Of a stretch of 64,000 nucleotides of DNA, positions 1 to 12,556 are shown piece after piece; positions within the stretch are counted from its first letter, which is position 1, and every line of letters begins with the position of its first letter. The DNA is taken from NCBI GenBank assembly GCA_002633005.1, contig NMRA01000158.1, positions 622,433-686,432 of the forward strand, written 5' to 3'. A program made the position numbers and the translations under genes. The DNA comes from Phoronis australis (Eukaryota; Animalia; Phoronida). The notes under the pieces were generated by a model. The model saw only the letters and a list, made by a program, of their open reading frames with translations, was not told the origin of the DNA and did not search any database.

Positions 1-1057
1 TGTCACAAGTTAGAACAAATTTTGAAACTGCTATATTGAGGGCAACGTATTTTACAACAAGGTGCAAATCGAGAACGTATACCCTAAAAACGTTGGCATA
101 TTTTGTTGGAAGTTTTGCTCAATTGGAGTTTGTTTGAGATGAAGTGAGTGAATAAAAACAGACAATTTTCAAATTTATGAAGTTAAGTTCCATTACATCC
201 GGTTTCTTGGTGTTTTTAGATACTTGAACTGTCTTTGTGTGACAAAAAAAAAACACAAAACGCCAGACTCTTACCCAAATTGGTGAAAATACCATGCAGC
301 ATCCCACCTTAAACACGCTTTCTCATTGGTTCGAATGTTTTACAGCATGGTTATACCCCCCTTCTGTGATTTGGGGAATTACAATTTGGTGAATCTTGAA
401 ATCCCTGCAGGTTACCGTGGTGATTTCGAAGTTGTTGCAGTGATTCCGCAAATACGACTAGAGTTGCTTATCATAGTTATTGATCGTGCATTTTATTTTA
501 CATTGACATAGTGCTGGTCTGATGTAAAGAGAGTCTTTGTCGTGACTATAAACCAAAGTTCTTTATTACAAAACAAATATCATTTTCAGTTACATCCTTG
601 AATATTGAATTTTTTTTAATGTTTATTATGAATTAATCAGAACAATATATATGTATATGTATATATTTATTTCCACTTGAGAATGAAACAAGTTTGTTTC
701 GAAATATCATGTGTCTTTTAATCATGTCTCTTGGTCAGTTGCTTCATCAATATTCCGTTGAGTGTTGAATTTTATTCCAAACATATGAACGAAACAGAAT
801 AAAAACTGTCAATAATGAAAAGTGTTGTGTGTTTTATCAATTCTGCATATCAGAAAACTTGCTCCCGAAGTGCGTTGAAGTTGCTTTTTTCCTGAGGTAT
901 TGTTGTTCTTAGAACTATTCTCTGTTTCATTGTAGAGTGGTTCAAAACCCAGCAGTACATAACAGCAGGTCAAGGTCAAGGTCACTTGATGTCTATCAGA
1001 ACATTGGTTACTAGAGACTTGTGGGTAAAGTTAAACTTGCTGTCAAACAGCAACCTG

Positions 1058-1333
1058 TAGTCTGTTTCATGAAAGTGACTTTAAGGACTTAACATAGAAA
1101 TTTGATCTTGCTCTCCTGCTTCACAATTTCTGAAAAAGGTTTAGCCAAGTTGTTATGAGTGCATTACAGTCTAGAAATAATTTTTAGAAACTATCTCATT
1201 AAATAGCAGTTTTGTGTGTCTTCTGAGAGACTTTGAACTTTTGCTCAAGTGAAATTTGACTATTTTTCTGAAATTGTTATTTGGAGCATAAGACCAATTT
1301 TCTGACTTAAGTCCTAAGTCACTTTTCAGACCC
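1058..1333. mobile_element. Decayed copy of the 32436 MITE family
   Basis: GTTTCATGAAAGTGACTT...AGAAATTTGATCTT and AAGACCAATTTTCTG...TAAGTCAC...GACCC arms; CTG on both flanks. Confidence 0.55.
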
Positions 1334-1584
1334 CTGGGTTTCTTAAAATTACACCATGCCTATGTTGCCTGTGAAAGAAGTGTTTCGATACACCATTTCT
1401 TAATCTATCCTTACCAAATTTTAAATGTCCTGGCATTAAAAGAGTGCATAAGTTAGGTTTGTAGTTATATATTTTCTTGCAAGCAGATAAATACACTTAG
1501 ATTGCAACTGGAATAAGGTTGAGACTTGAATCGCATATTACAGATGGGTGTGCGGTAATGAGTCACTGGTTGCTGTAGTTACAG

Positions 1585-1709
1585 TGGTGCTAATTGAAAC
1601 TTTACCATGGACCGTCAAACCCTTACCACAGGGTATAACCCTTACCATGGTGATAATTGAAACTTTACCATGGGCCGTCAAACCCTTACCACAGGGTATA
1701 ACTCTTACT
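1585..1709. repeat. 63-bp tandem duplication built of ~21-bp AACC/TTTACCA subunits
   Basis: TGGTG.TAATTGAAACTTTACCATGG.CCGTCAAACCCTTACCACAGGGTATAAC.CTTAC occurs at 1585 and 1648. Confidence 0.85.
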
Positions 1710-3731
1710 ATCAGAGTTCAAACCAAATCACTCTCCACAAAACTATCTTCAACACAAAAGCGTAATTGCCACCACATACAGGCACATTTCTCGTGAACTG
1801 CAGCGTTTTTGCACAAAAAATATATGTGGTGAGCTTTTGTGTATGGTAAGAGTTAGGTTTGGTGGTCATGCTCAGCGTACCACCCACCCTCCATTCTCCA
1901 AAATTTATTAAGTACGTATACTTGGCTTGGTGCTCGCTCCTAATTCATGTGATCGACACTGTTTTTAAAAATGCCAGTATCTTCATTTTGTCAATGCCCC
2001 TCTTGCAATAATCTTTGTCCTGAAAATTTACATGTTAATTCACTTGCTTTTAGGGAAATAAACTCTCGGTCCCAACAGCAACTTGCCATGTTCAGGCAGA
2101 AAAATACTCACTTTTTTCTGATGGAGATGTGTTTTTTTTGGCTCATGTGCACATTCTAATATTATCAGACTCGTGTGCAAAATAGTGAAGGCATTTGCTT
2201 GAGCGAATCTATAGTTGGGTTAACGCCCATCCTGACTTTCAAAAAGTGCCTGTGCTCTGTTTAACAGCTACTCCCATTTCTTAATTTCCCAATTTAGGGA
2301 TCCTTAGCACTAACCCATATGAGTATGGTAGTGCTCTGTGTCCTGTGGTAAGGGTCGGTTGTGTTATGGCTGTTGAAGTGACTATAAAGTTGGGGTTAGT
2401 ACTAATTGGATGACTGTTGTTGTGGTACATACTTTATATTAGCAAAAGGGAAGGAATGCACCGTGTGCTTTCTATTGTTTATTAGTGGGCTATTCAGGAT
2501 GATCCTTGTCTGGTTTACACTTGTTAAGTAAGGTCTTAATGGTTCGATTCTCATCCTTGTAAGGAATGTCATCAACCTGAGTACTTGAACTATGATGTAC
2601 GAGTTGCTGTATGCGGTATTCAAAAGACACCAATGCACGTCTGTACGGGATGTGACTTAAAGCATTTCATCTAATGATCACTAGACATTTGTACAGTATT
2701 TTACACTTTGCCTTCTTCAATATCCACGCTACGTGTGTTGACGTGCACAAATTGGCCCTTTCTGTGTTGTCTTTTGTCCCTGATTACGTCTGATCTCTCA
2801 GTTCTGTTTTGGTTTTGAGGTTATGTTTCACGAAACCTTAAAATAGGTGACATTTTGTAGAGTTGTGTTCACAAGTTGATTTTTATATCTATATGTTTAT
2901 AATGTTGTGTGCCTGAACTTTGAAGTGCAATAGACGTAAATATCTCTGGTCTTGGATGTAAAACTTATAGTGGGCATAAACCCGCATTGTGCCATAGAAG
3001 CAAACTTTGGATTTAGGCCACTTATTGCAATTGTTCTCAACTTGTTCTTTACTCAGATGAGAAGTAATGTCTGATTTTGCAAAGAACTGACAGTTTGTTA
3101 TTCTTTGAGACCATGCTCGGCCACATAAAACGACACGTAGTGACTAGCCAACTTGTAGAATCTAGTCTCAAGAAATGAACTGTCCACCTCTAATTTGATT
3201 TAGGAGCAATTTGAGACCTCTTTTATTGTGGTAAGTGGTGTACATGAGAATTTGATGTGATTGATGGTGGTTTTACTCCTGCTCAAGTCGGTGATGTGCG
3301 TGTGTCTGCATGCTTACACATGTGTGTGTTCCTTTAATAGACATTTAGAGCTGCATTTTGTCTTAAGGCGTCGCTTGGAAGACTTTCTGTATTTTTAAAA
3401 AAGCATTTCAGTATTAGTGTCAGGGATATAACTGAGTCTATGTTATCACAAAAAAGAAGTGAATTATAACACAGGCCTAATTGTAGTTGTCCGGGGTTTT
3501 CACAGATTTCATTGCTGTTTGTTTCTAAATTCATAGGATATTATTTTGTGTATTCTGTGTTGAAAAGGAGGTCCTTAACGAGCTATGTGAGAGCTTCCAA
3601 CTGAACTGTGCCAGACGATTAGTATTACGTGTATTTACGTCCAATTTGTGCCGAATAGGTAGTGTTTTTTAAAAAGTTATTATAGCTCAAATGCTTTGCA
3701 TGTGTGCAAATGCATCCTTACAGTACTTAAC

Positions 3732-3780
3732 ATGCACACGCTTACTTCAAATGCACAAGCTTACTTCAAATGCACATGCT
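3732..3780. repeat. Short tandem repeat, ~2.5 copies of a 19-bp unit (ATGCACA.GCTTACTTCAA)
   Basis: Read directly from the sequence. Confidence 0.8.
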
Positions 3781-5205
3781 ATTTATGAAACACCCATACT
3801 TTCACTTTCTTTCATTTTAATTTTAAGTCGTTATAAATTTGTGTCAAACACAACTTTTTTCATTGAGATTTCAATTCGCTTTTCCTTAAATTGCTTACAG
3901 TAATACCCTTGGGACTGTCGTCATATTGTTTTAGCAGCAATAGTCTGATATGCCCGTATTTTGAGAATCAGTCAATGACTGTTGTTCTGTGGAGAAAATT
4001 GGTTCTCAAAATGTGGGCACCTTATATCACACTATTACCGCTTCCGCAGCTGAAACTAACCTTGAAATATCTCCAAATTTGGCTTACTTCAGAACATGTC
4101 TTAGGAATAGCTGTTCAAATTCATTTTTAACTCTCCAAAATGGTGTCAGGATTCTTTTCGTTCCACTTTTGCATGAGGAGATATCAAAAATGTGACGCAA
4201 TTTTTATGGGAAAGCTTATTAGTGCTCGTTTCATGAACGCAAAATGATCATTTAGAAAACGAACAGTGTTTTCAAGATTTCATTTTGGACATTTGGACCA
4301 AATTCAATTTGGTCATTTTGTTGATGTAACTGTTTTGCTAGGAATGTTCATATGGCTTTATTCTTTTGCAATTTTTAATAGTAACAATTTTACCAAAGAC
4401 ATCGTCACACGACTCAATGATTGCAGGTTAGTATAAAGCGAATTCCTGCACGCTTTCTACTTTCAAAAATGAATAACTTTTTCCAAGTTAAAATCTCCTT
4501 TTCTATATATTTGGATGAATACATGGACTTGTCAATGAGGTTTTACATAACCCTTAGAGTTTCGTGTTGGCGCATACTCCTCAATTCTGTTTTACGTGGA
4601 GGCAAGTTGGCTTGAGTAAGCATCTACGAGATAGAGGGAATAAACTTTGCTTTTACTCATTATTGGAGTGCTAGTGTGTGCACACTACGCTGTGTGTTGT
4701 AGTTGTTACTCCAAGGTAACTTAAGAAAAAGTACTTTTGTTTAGTGGTGAGTATGTGTGTTGATTAATCAACATAAACTGCTCTTCAATATGGCATTAAA
4801 CTTGGGGACAAATTAGGAACATGCTATTGTTTTACTATGGTAAATACTATACGGTTATTAGTAGACAGCTTCTGTGTACACAAATGTAGCAGGTTGGACA
4901 TATTTAAGGGGAAACAAATATGGTGAAATGAAGTAAGGACCATTGTTGTTGTCTTCTACAGTGGTTCTTACAAGGGGACCCGTGGATCTTTTGAGCCTCC
5001 TGGATGTGGCAGTATGTTGCGGGTTGTATTGTGGTTCTACTTGCATTGTCGTAATGGAGTTATGAGTAATTGAAGTCTATCCCTGTACAGGAATAATACA
5101 GCAGCTAATTGCCTTCATTACTCATACCAATTCTGACAGTAATTGTATGTAATTCATGTAACTTGTGGGCTTGGTTATCTGTTGTTACGGTTGCATATTT
5201 TATGA

Positions 5206-5211
5206 AATAAA
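5206..5211 (+). terminator. Putative polyadenylation signal of a convergent plus-strand gene whose coding exons lie outside the window
   Basis: AATAAA ending a T/G-rich, ORF-free 5 kb plus-strand tract. Confidence 0.5.
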
Positions 5212-5237
5212 AACGTTGAAATGAAACAGAATGCAAG

Positions 5238-5243
5238 TTTATT
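5238..5243 (-). terminator. Putative distal polyadenylation signal of the Smaug homolog (implies ~4 kb 3'UTR)
   Basis: TTTATT on plus = AATAAA on minus, at the point where strand composition flips (judged by eye). Confidence 0.55.
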
Positions 5244-7665
5244 ATACAAGCTCATCAACTCAAATTACAAGGTCAACTTGTCCCTTTACGGTATGGAAGT
5301 TTGTTCCAAATAGCCGGTGCACATCACCAGTCAACGACAACATAATACAATGAGAAACCTCTCGTTTGATAACAAAAGAACAGATACCAGATGCCATGCC
5401 TTACACAGTAAGGCCATTACAAAAATAACAGCTGGATAGCATCCACAGCTTTGACAGGTGAAAACACATACAGTAGGGGATTATCTGCTACAATTTATAA
5501 TTCAAAGCTTAGGTCTAACAGTATCAGTGGGGTATGGGCTGACCAAGAAGAATGAAAGGAGGAAATCCTCAAGAAAAGACCACGCAGTTTCTGCGAACAT
5601 AAGTCTTAATCTGCGTTCTCCGTGACACGTCAGTGACAGAACTACAGTAAAACTTGCTTCAGTAGGGCTGAAAGATTTTATACGGGGAGGGCAAAATATC
5701 TGAATGGCCTAATGCACAAATTATAAGAACTGCACTGCAGAACTTCCACAAGTAAAATGAATATTAGGTATGTGCACATTTCCTGCAAAAAACTTTTACT
5801 GTGGTTGAATAATTCCCCACTGCAACTTTACATTTACATAAAGCCTGTCTATCGCAGAACGATAGTACTGGCTTGTTACACAATGTCTGCCACAACTGCC
5901 CTGACACCTGCATGCAAGTTAACAAACTAGGCCATTGGGTAGCAAAAGGTCAAATGGCTATCTCGGTTCAAATATTCAGCTAAAATGAATTGCAGGCATT
6001 CTTGTCCTGTTAAAATCACACGGATAGCACCACAATCCAGCACAATCACTCTGCAGTCCAACAACTACTACACAAGTTGAACTATTATAAAAAACTACAA
6101 CTTTCATTATGAGCTCCAGGACTGCAAGCAAGCAAAGGTTGATAGTAATTTCACAATACCCATCACAACAATTTACCAGATGTCTTGAATGAAATAAGAT
6201 CATGGTAAATAATCTTCAGTAAGGGCAGTATAAAGGCAAATTTCAATTGTTTAATTTCTAGACAATTAACTAAAGGAAATATTACTGCATTGCTAAAGTC
6301 GTTTGCATAACATGGCTGGCATTGAATTTAGTAAAATCTTACTAAATTAGAATACACCATGGCAGGCAAGTGAAATTTAATTTTTTCATGACAGTAGCAC
6401 AAAACACAAGCTTTTAAGCTTTAAAAAGCCTAGCTTCAGAATTTTGTTATTTTAGATGTATTTGGCTAATCAGACAGTGCTAGCAAAGCCTTAGTAAAAT
6501 AAGAAAATGCAATGGACTTCAATCATGCAAATGTAAGCTCATCAAATGATAGGTGAAGCTGCCTTGTCGTGCCATATTGCGTCACTGCAAGATCCCAGCA
6601 CAAACCATAAACGACCAATAACAGTTGTATCGAATAGGGGTCTGAATAGAACACCATTGCGTGCGGGTGTTATTCACAGCTGTTTGAAATAAAAGGTGAT
6701 TCACGGGGTGACGTAGACAAAAGCAAGCCAATACGCCTAACAGTTCGTTACATTCAGCAATTAATGGCACTAGTGGGATCAGAGCGATGCTCTTAACATA
6801 CCGTAGGAACCAAATTTACAGGTGTTACCGATGAAGATAGGCTTTAATCTGCCTTAATTTGCATACCATGACTACCAGCAGACAATTTTGACTGAGGGCA
6901 TTAACAACAACATCAGAGCATTCGCTAGAAATTTTTCAGTTAAGTGCTCAAAGCAACAAACGATAGGGGGCGACACCTGCCTGCACGCTTTGACAAAATT
7001 GGAAAGTCTACTATGGCCAATATCTTTTGTACCAAATTGAAAATGTTACCATAGACCATTTTTCAGCCGCAGACATAATTGAACTGTTTGCAGATACATG
7101 ACAGGAAAAAAATGGAAAGCCACTCTATAACTTTCGCATTTAAAGTGACATTATCTTTTACCGAGTAAGTAATTTTCTCAGATCAACCTGGTCGCGTCAT
7201 TGAGCCTGCAATCCCCACAGTCGCAGTCTGACACTGCTGGTGTAACTAAATTCCATTCGAGAACTGGTAGAGTAATTTAAGCGTACGTAACTGGCCTTGA
7301 TCCCAGCGATCGTCTGCCAGATAATGGCGAGAAATGGCAATTCAAAAGAACACAACAAAAATAACGGATTTTGCTGTTTTATGTTTCTGCTCAGAGGTTA
7401 CGAGAGATGTTGCCTTAAAGCCCTGGTCAAAGCTAACTTCAAGAAGTCTCTTCCATCCACCAATAATCTCAAAAATGCTTTTCTTGGCCACAAACCTGAT
7501 AGTCCCCCTTGAAATAAACTAGTAAAGGAAAATGACCGTCACCTAATGCGAAAAATTCGAATTCAAAAACTTAAGGGTTCAGGGTCAAATCTCTACGTTC
7601 AAAATCGTAGTTTTGACATTTTCCATTCTACTTTAATATAAACTCAAGATAAATGTCTACACTAT

Positions 7666-7872
7666 GGTTTACATGGACTAATTCATTTTGCACTTGATGA
7701 CCCCCACAATTACGGTTCACATGGACAACTAATTCATTTTGCACTTGATGACCCCACCATTAAAGCTTTAAGTTTGAGTTAACTCAAACTTCTGAGTTTT
7801 AGCTCGGAATCTTTAGTTTTTAACCACCTGAAGCTCGAATACGGGGGTCATCAAGTTCAAACTTGGACTAGA
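7666..7872. repeat. Fold-back element with a tandemly duplicated left arm
   Basis: CTAATTCATTTTGCACTTGATGACCCC occurs twice (7678 and 7729) with an inverted partner GGGGTCATCAAGTTCAAACTTGGACTAG at 7844-7871. Confidence 0.7.
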
Positions 7873-9217
7873 AACTCCTCTGCAGAAACCGTAACGCACT
7901 AAAGCGTAGAATAACAGATACTTTTCATGAGTTCGTACAAAAGAAGGATGGAAAAGGTCAAAAATAAGTTCAAGCACAAAAATTAGACCCCTGACCTGGA
8001 AAAACCTCTTGGTGGAGTACAAGTACAAAAGAAATTACTGGCTCAAAGAATGATATTTTAAAATAATGATGGTTTCAAAAATTTAACCCCATGTTACAAC
8101 ACCAATATGGCTATTGTCGAACACATTGTATTGCGGAATAAGCTAGTTCACAAATCAATTCATATTCAAGTAACGTACCATAGTCGTCTGACTTCATGCC
8201 CATATTCGGTTTAATGTCCACAGCTAATTTGTGCATTTGGGACTTTTCACTTAAACTTTGTTAATTCAAAGTGCAGTAATATGCTGACTTACATGTCGCA
8301 AAACAAGTGTCAAAGACGACCTTTTAAAAATATTCACCAACAAAAATGGACAATTTATTGTCTAAGTTACAAATAATCTACTAATATGCCTCCACGGTTC
8401 TGATAAATGGTCATCCACAGCTTCTCAAAAAAATTAGCTTTGTATGCCCTTGTGTTCTTCATGCCCACTTGACTTGAGTTTCTAAATTAAAATGGCCAGG
8501 GCATTAACTCGGACGATTACGGCAAATTTTCCAGAGCTAGTATCAACAGCACAACTGGCCGACTATTGCAACAAGCCAAGAGAGAAGTAGACAACAGACA
8601 TTACCAATACACATACTTAACACATGAACACTTGACATCACCAACGGGACATGTTTCTCCCAGAGAAACAATATTTATCTCAGATCCAGGGTTTCACCAG
8701 AGCCTGTGACCAGCAAACGTTACTAGACTCGAAAGTTGACTAATCGCATTCCGCGCTTCCAGTAAGTTTTGCAATTTCACACGATGTGATTCGTCGATTT
8801 TCGTGACGAGTCTCAAGTAAAGTTTGGCGGACGCGGGCCCAGATCTACTGCTTATATAATACTGATTAAACAAAACTGACAACAATTTAGAACATTACAC
8901 CGTTACAACACTGGTGGATAGTTGCTCCTCCAACATTCTGTTATTTGGCCGTTACACACCACAATACTCTCAAGCTGATACTCTTCACAATAGTAACAAA
9001 ATCGTCACTTTCGGTCAAGGAGCAACTATGATCTTGCATTGAAAGCTATACAATCATGAAACAAAGTTTTCTTTGATTTATTATGCAAACACAAACACCA
9101 CAGAGACCAATAACATAAACAAATCAAGGTAAAATATGTACCAATCACTAGACGTGACTTAGCGATCAACGCTTTTTACACAGTACTTCCTCTCTCTTCA
9201 ACTTTCCGTATTTTTCA

Positions 9218-9246
9218 TCAGAACGATGGACCTTTGTCAGGTGAAT
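9218..9246 (-). CDS. SAMD4: Smaug homolog last coding exon (DSPDKGPSF-stop)
   Basis: Acceptor ttctaattgtag, phase 1, ends in tandem TGA TGA. Length is similar to the short SAMD4 tail. Short, so less certain. Confidence 0.7.
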
Positions 9247-9594
9247 CTACAATTAGAAATCGCAGAGCTTGTTTGAAAGACATGCTGATTGGATGAATTG
9301 TAAAACAGTTTACCTCGGACATGCGTAAGTCAATTTGACACCTAACTCAGATAAAGTTCCATTCAGTTATTCTACTTTGCTAAGATCGTAGTGAATGCCC
9401 ACAATGTCACAATATGTGGCTAAAATTTGCAGCAAAAAACATTAAAACTGGCAACGCATTGATTTGCAACTTGTCTTTAATGAAAATTGTGCTCCAAATT
9501 AGTGAATACTGTAAATTTTCCCCCACTTTGTAACCAGGAAAAGCTTCAGCTAAACACAAGGCAATTCTAAAATTGCACACCCATTTTTAAGAGC

Positions 9595-10080
9595 ATGTAG
9601 GACACTAGAAAAAAATGTCCAAATTTGGATAATTTCAGAACATCATTTCTCAGATACAGCTGATCACGTTCATATGAAACTTTCAGATACCGTGATTTAT
9701 CCACAATTCTCCACAAAGCTGTAAGGAATTGATTTTTTCTTGGAACTTTAGTTATTCTTATGAAAAAATCAAAATTTACATAAAACAAAAACTGCAAAAA
9801 TGTTTTTTGAGATCCATCTTGAACATTTATATCAAATGAAATCTGATCACGTTGCTATTGACAATGCTGTTTTGCTGTCAATGTACCTTTCTTTTTTCAA
9901 ACATTTAAATAAAAGCATGGTCATGTGACCCAGTCAATGGCAAGTTTGTAAAAAGTCAAAAATCAAATTCTGCGCACTTTCTACCTTCAGAAAATACATC
10001 CCTTTACTGAGTTGTAGTAGATACTAAAGTGACTAAATATGCAGACTTGTCAATGAAATCCTGCATAACCTTACAACTGC
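9595..10080. repeat. Dispersed AT-rich repeat family (other copies ~4065-4560 and ~21682-22110, same orientation)
   Basis: Shared blocks AAAATGTCCAAATTTGG...GAACATCAT.TCTCAGA...CATATGAAACTTT, CATCTTG.AACATTT, CATGGTCA.G.GACCCA, GACTTGTCAATGA. Confidence 0.7.
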
Positions 10081-10187
10081 ATCCATTAACTCGTTAGCTA
10101 AGGTAACATTCAAGACTTATCACTCATTATTTACACAAAATGACCCCAGTCAGTATTCCATTTGGACTAGTAATCGACTTGACTCAC

Positions 10188-10277
10188 CCATGCTGTCCAA
10201 GGCTGCCTCTGTCATACTCAAGCACAGTGAGTCCAGCCGTGCGTTGATTTCGGGCTCTGTAGCACTCAAGTCGGACG
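10188..10277 (-). CDS. SAMD4: Smaug homolog coding exon 11
   Basis: [30 protein letters not shown] matches the SAMD4 C-terminal motif [21 protein letters not shown]. Acceptor atttag, donor gtgagt. Confidence 0.93.
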
Positions 10278-10512
10278 CTAAATGAAAGCCAACTAAATAA
10301 AGTGATTATCACAAATTCTCATCATCTCTAACACTAAAACCATTCAAACAGTAAGGCACTTTATCCTGAAATCGACACATACTCAAATCTCCCAAAAAAG
10401 AACAACTATATTCACATAGATCCAAAACTGAATTTAAAAAATATTGATTGAAAAAGTTTCATAGTTGTTATTTAAACTGACCAATGTCAGGTAAACGTAA
10501 TATTGACATTAC

Positions 10513-10591
10513 CTGGTCGGTTTGTTAAAGAGAAACCGTGAGAACTTGATTTGTTAGGAGCCGAGTGGGTCCTCTGAACAGGTGACTTAAG
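10513..10591 (-). CDS. SAMD4: Smaug homolog coding exon 10 (not in the ORF track in this frame)
   Basis: LKSPVQRTHSAPNKSSSHGFSLTNRP; VQRTHSAP resembles the SAMD4 VQRTxSLP motif. Acceptor ttctag, donor gtaatg, phase 0-1. Confidence 0.88.
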
Positions 10592-11367
10592 CTAGAAAGC
10601 AAGTAAATGGTAGTGAGACAATTATATATATATATATACACACATCCCAATGTGCTCTGTGGTAATGGTAGAAGCAATTTACAGTACACACTCAAAAATA
10701 ATGGAGCGAAATTCCACTTCCTTGCCATGACAAGTAATGACCAATCATATCTCATCATTTCTGTAAAACCTGGTGTATAGGGCCGTGCAATTTGCTTATA
10801 TTCAGGAATGAACAAAAGCATGAACTCAAATATGAAATTCACTGTTGCTGTGTTGTGTTTTTGTTGGAGTTAATTTTTTCTCTTATTTATTCAGCGTATT
10901 CATGGAATAGATTTAGCTAGCCAGTATTTTACAACCTTTGAAGGTACTTAACTTTTTTAATGGCTGAACAGAATAAAAAACGAGAAAAATGGTGACTGGC
11001 CATGTATCTGAAGATTGAAATAGCATGGACATATATTCAAACATAAGCCCATGGCCATTGGACATTTAAATGTTTCCAAACATGGATTGCTTTGCCAGTA
11101 CTGCCAAGGCCTCATCCACCAGACTTTACGATACAATTACCCGGACTGTGAATTCTGCTTGCGCTCAGCTATTAGTAGGGTGGGAATTTCTGGTTGTTTG
11201 GTCCGGATTATTCTCGGTGTGAAGAGAAGTAAGATATTCTCTTAAACTTTCAAAGCATGATGACAATGACTTGCAATGATAGCCACGGCAACAATCAACC
11301 TTTCTGTACATACTGTAGGCCAGTGCATGGACCACATAACGTTATTTTGTAACTGGATATAAGATCA

Positions 11368-12180
11368 AACAAGAGCAATGCGGAGCGTTGAAATGCGCCC
11401 ACGAATGCATTGCAAATGGTGTGCTTTTAGGGTTATTTATTTGTATCATAAAAATTGCCACTAGGGGGCACACCGGTAGTCGGATCCGACTGAAAGTCGT
11501 TGTTGTCCGTTGCTAACATCATATAAATATACTTACTAAATTTCGTAAAGATCCTGCGAACGGTTTAGGAGATACAGCCATAGGCGCAAAAAAAACAAAC
11601 TCCCACTAGGAGGCGCCACAGTAAACAAAATCGTCGGAAAATCATCGTCAACCATCCTCTTCATAGTAAGCACATACATGCCAATTTTCACAATCATCCT
11701 TTGAGCGGTTTGGTTGATAGAGGGGTGGACACAAAAAACTGACTCGAAAACAACAAAAATGACCACTAGGTGGCGCAAACTAGGTTGACTCCATCCGAAA
11801 ACGAGAGGATAGTGTCATCTCACTAATAGGTGCCCACATATTAAATTTCATGAAAATCCGTTAAGGACTTTTAAAGATACAAAGATAGCATCATCTCTCT
11901 AATAGGTGCCTACATACCAAATTTCATGAAAATCCGTTAAGGACTTTTGAAGATACAAAGGTAAGCGTAAAAAACTAAAATTGCCACTAGGGGGCACACT
12001 GGTAGTCGGATCTGTACAAAATTTCGCTCATGCTGTCCCATTAATGCATGGAACATATGTACCAAATTTCATGAATTCATGTCAAAGGGTTTTGGAGATA
12101 GAGCAGCGGACGCCGGACACCGGACGGACGGAGATGACGACATAATGCGTCCACATATAAATATGTGGGCGCATAAAAAA
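11368..12180. mobile_element. HINE/DINE-1-like (Helentron-associated) non-autonomous element with ~145-160 bp core repeats
   Basis: AACAAGAG terminus, tandem core units, (GGAC)n microsatellite near 12113-12131, terminal hairpin ATGCGTCCACATAT-AA-ATATGTGGGCGCAT at 12145-12174 followed by an A-run. This layout matches mollusc CvA/HINE-type elements. Confidence 0.7.
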
Positions 12181-12333
12181 TAGACCAGAACCAACCATAC
12201 TTTTTTCTCCTAAGGTTCATTTATAAATGCACGCGTATAAATTTGTAATTTTTGTCGAAATGAAACTTTACACAATACATGGGCCAAGCGAAAAAACAAC
12301 TGCCAAGTCACGCCTGCATTCCAGAAAACTTAC

Positions 12334-12556
12334 GGGTAATTCGAGAGTATTTGGTCGAGAAGTAGCACCGAAACCAGACAGTCCCCTTGGCAACGTAGCT
12401 GACGATCCAGGGATGACGGCACCGAATGAATTGGAGCAGGAAAGGGGTTTCTTGCAGCCAAATGTCCACTGCAGCTGTCCCGCACACTGCGGTTGGCGAG
12501 CTGCTCGCGGTTGAGACAGGCCAGCTGTAGCAACTTGGGGAAACGTATTGACCCAG
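12334..12556 (-). CDS. SAMD4: Smaug homolog coding exon 9 (low-conservation region)
   Basis: GC-richer open frame SWVNTFPQ...WTFG...RPNTLELP. Acceptor tttcag, donor gtaagt. Phase 2-0 fits both neighbours. Confidence 0.85.

Noticed and set aside
1548-1796. 82 aa ORF with an internal peptide repeat
   Set aside because: Explained by a 63-bp DNA duplication in probable UTR; no coding evidence.
5244-9217. Smaug recognition elements (CNGG-loop hairpins) in its own 3'UTR
   Set aside because: The CTGG sites I inspected, e.g. ~6870-6885, had only 2-3 bp or mismatched stems. The scan was by eye and incomplete, so a folding-based search is needed.
10150-10187. Alternative C-terminus GESSRLLVQMEY-stop by reading through the exon 11 donor
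   Set aside because: The donor G|gtgagt is strong and a plausible last exon exists at 9218-9246; intron retention is possible but unsupported.
11457-11997. Regularly spaced motifs suggesting a CRISPR-like array
   Set aside because: Eukaryotic intron, degenerate motifs, 145-160 bp units that are themselves homologous, and no cas genes.
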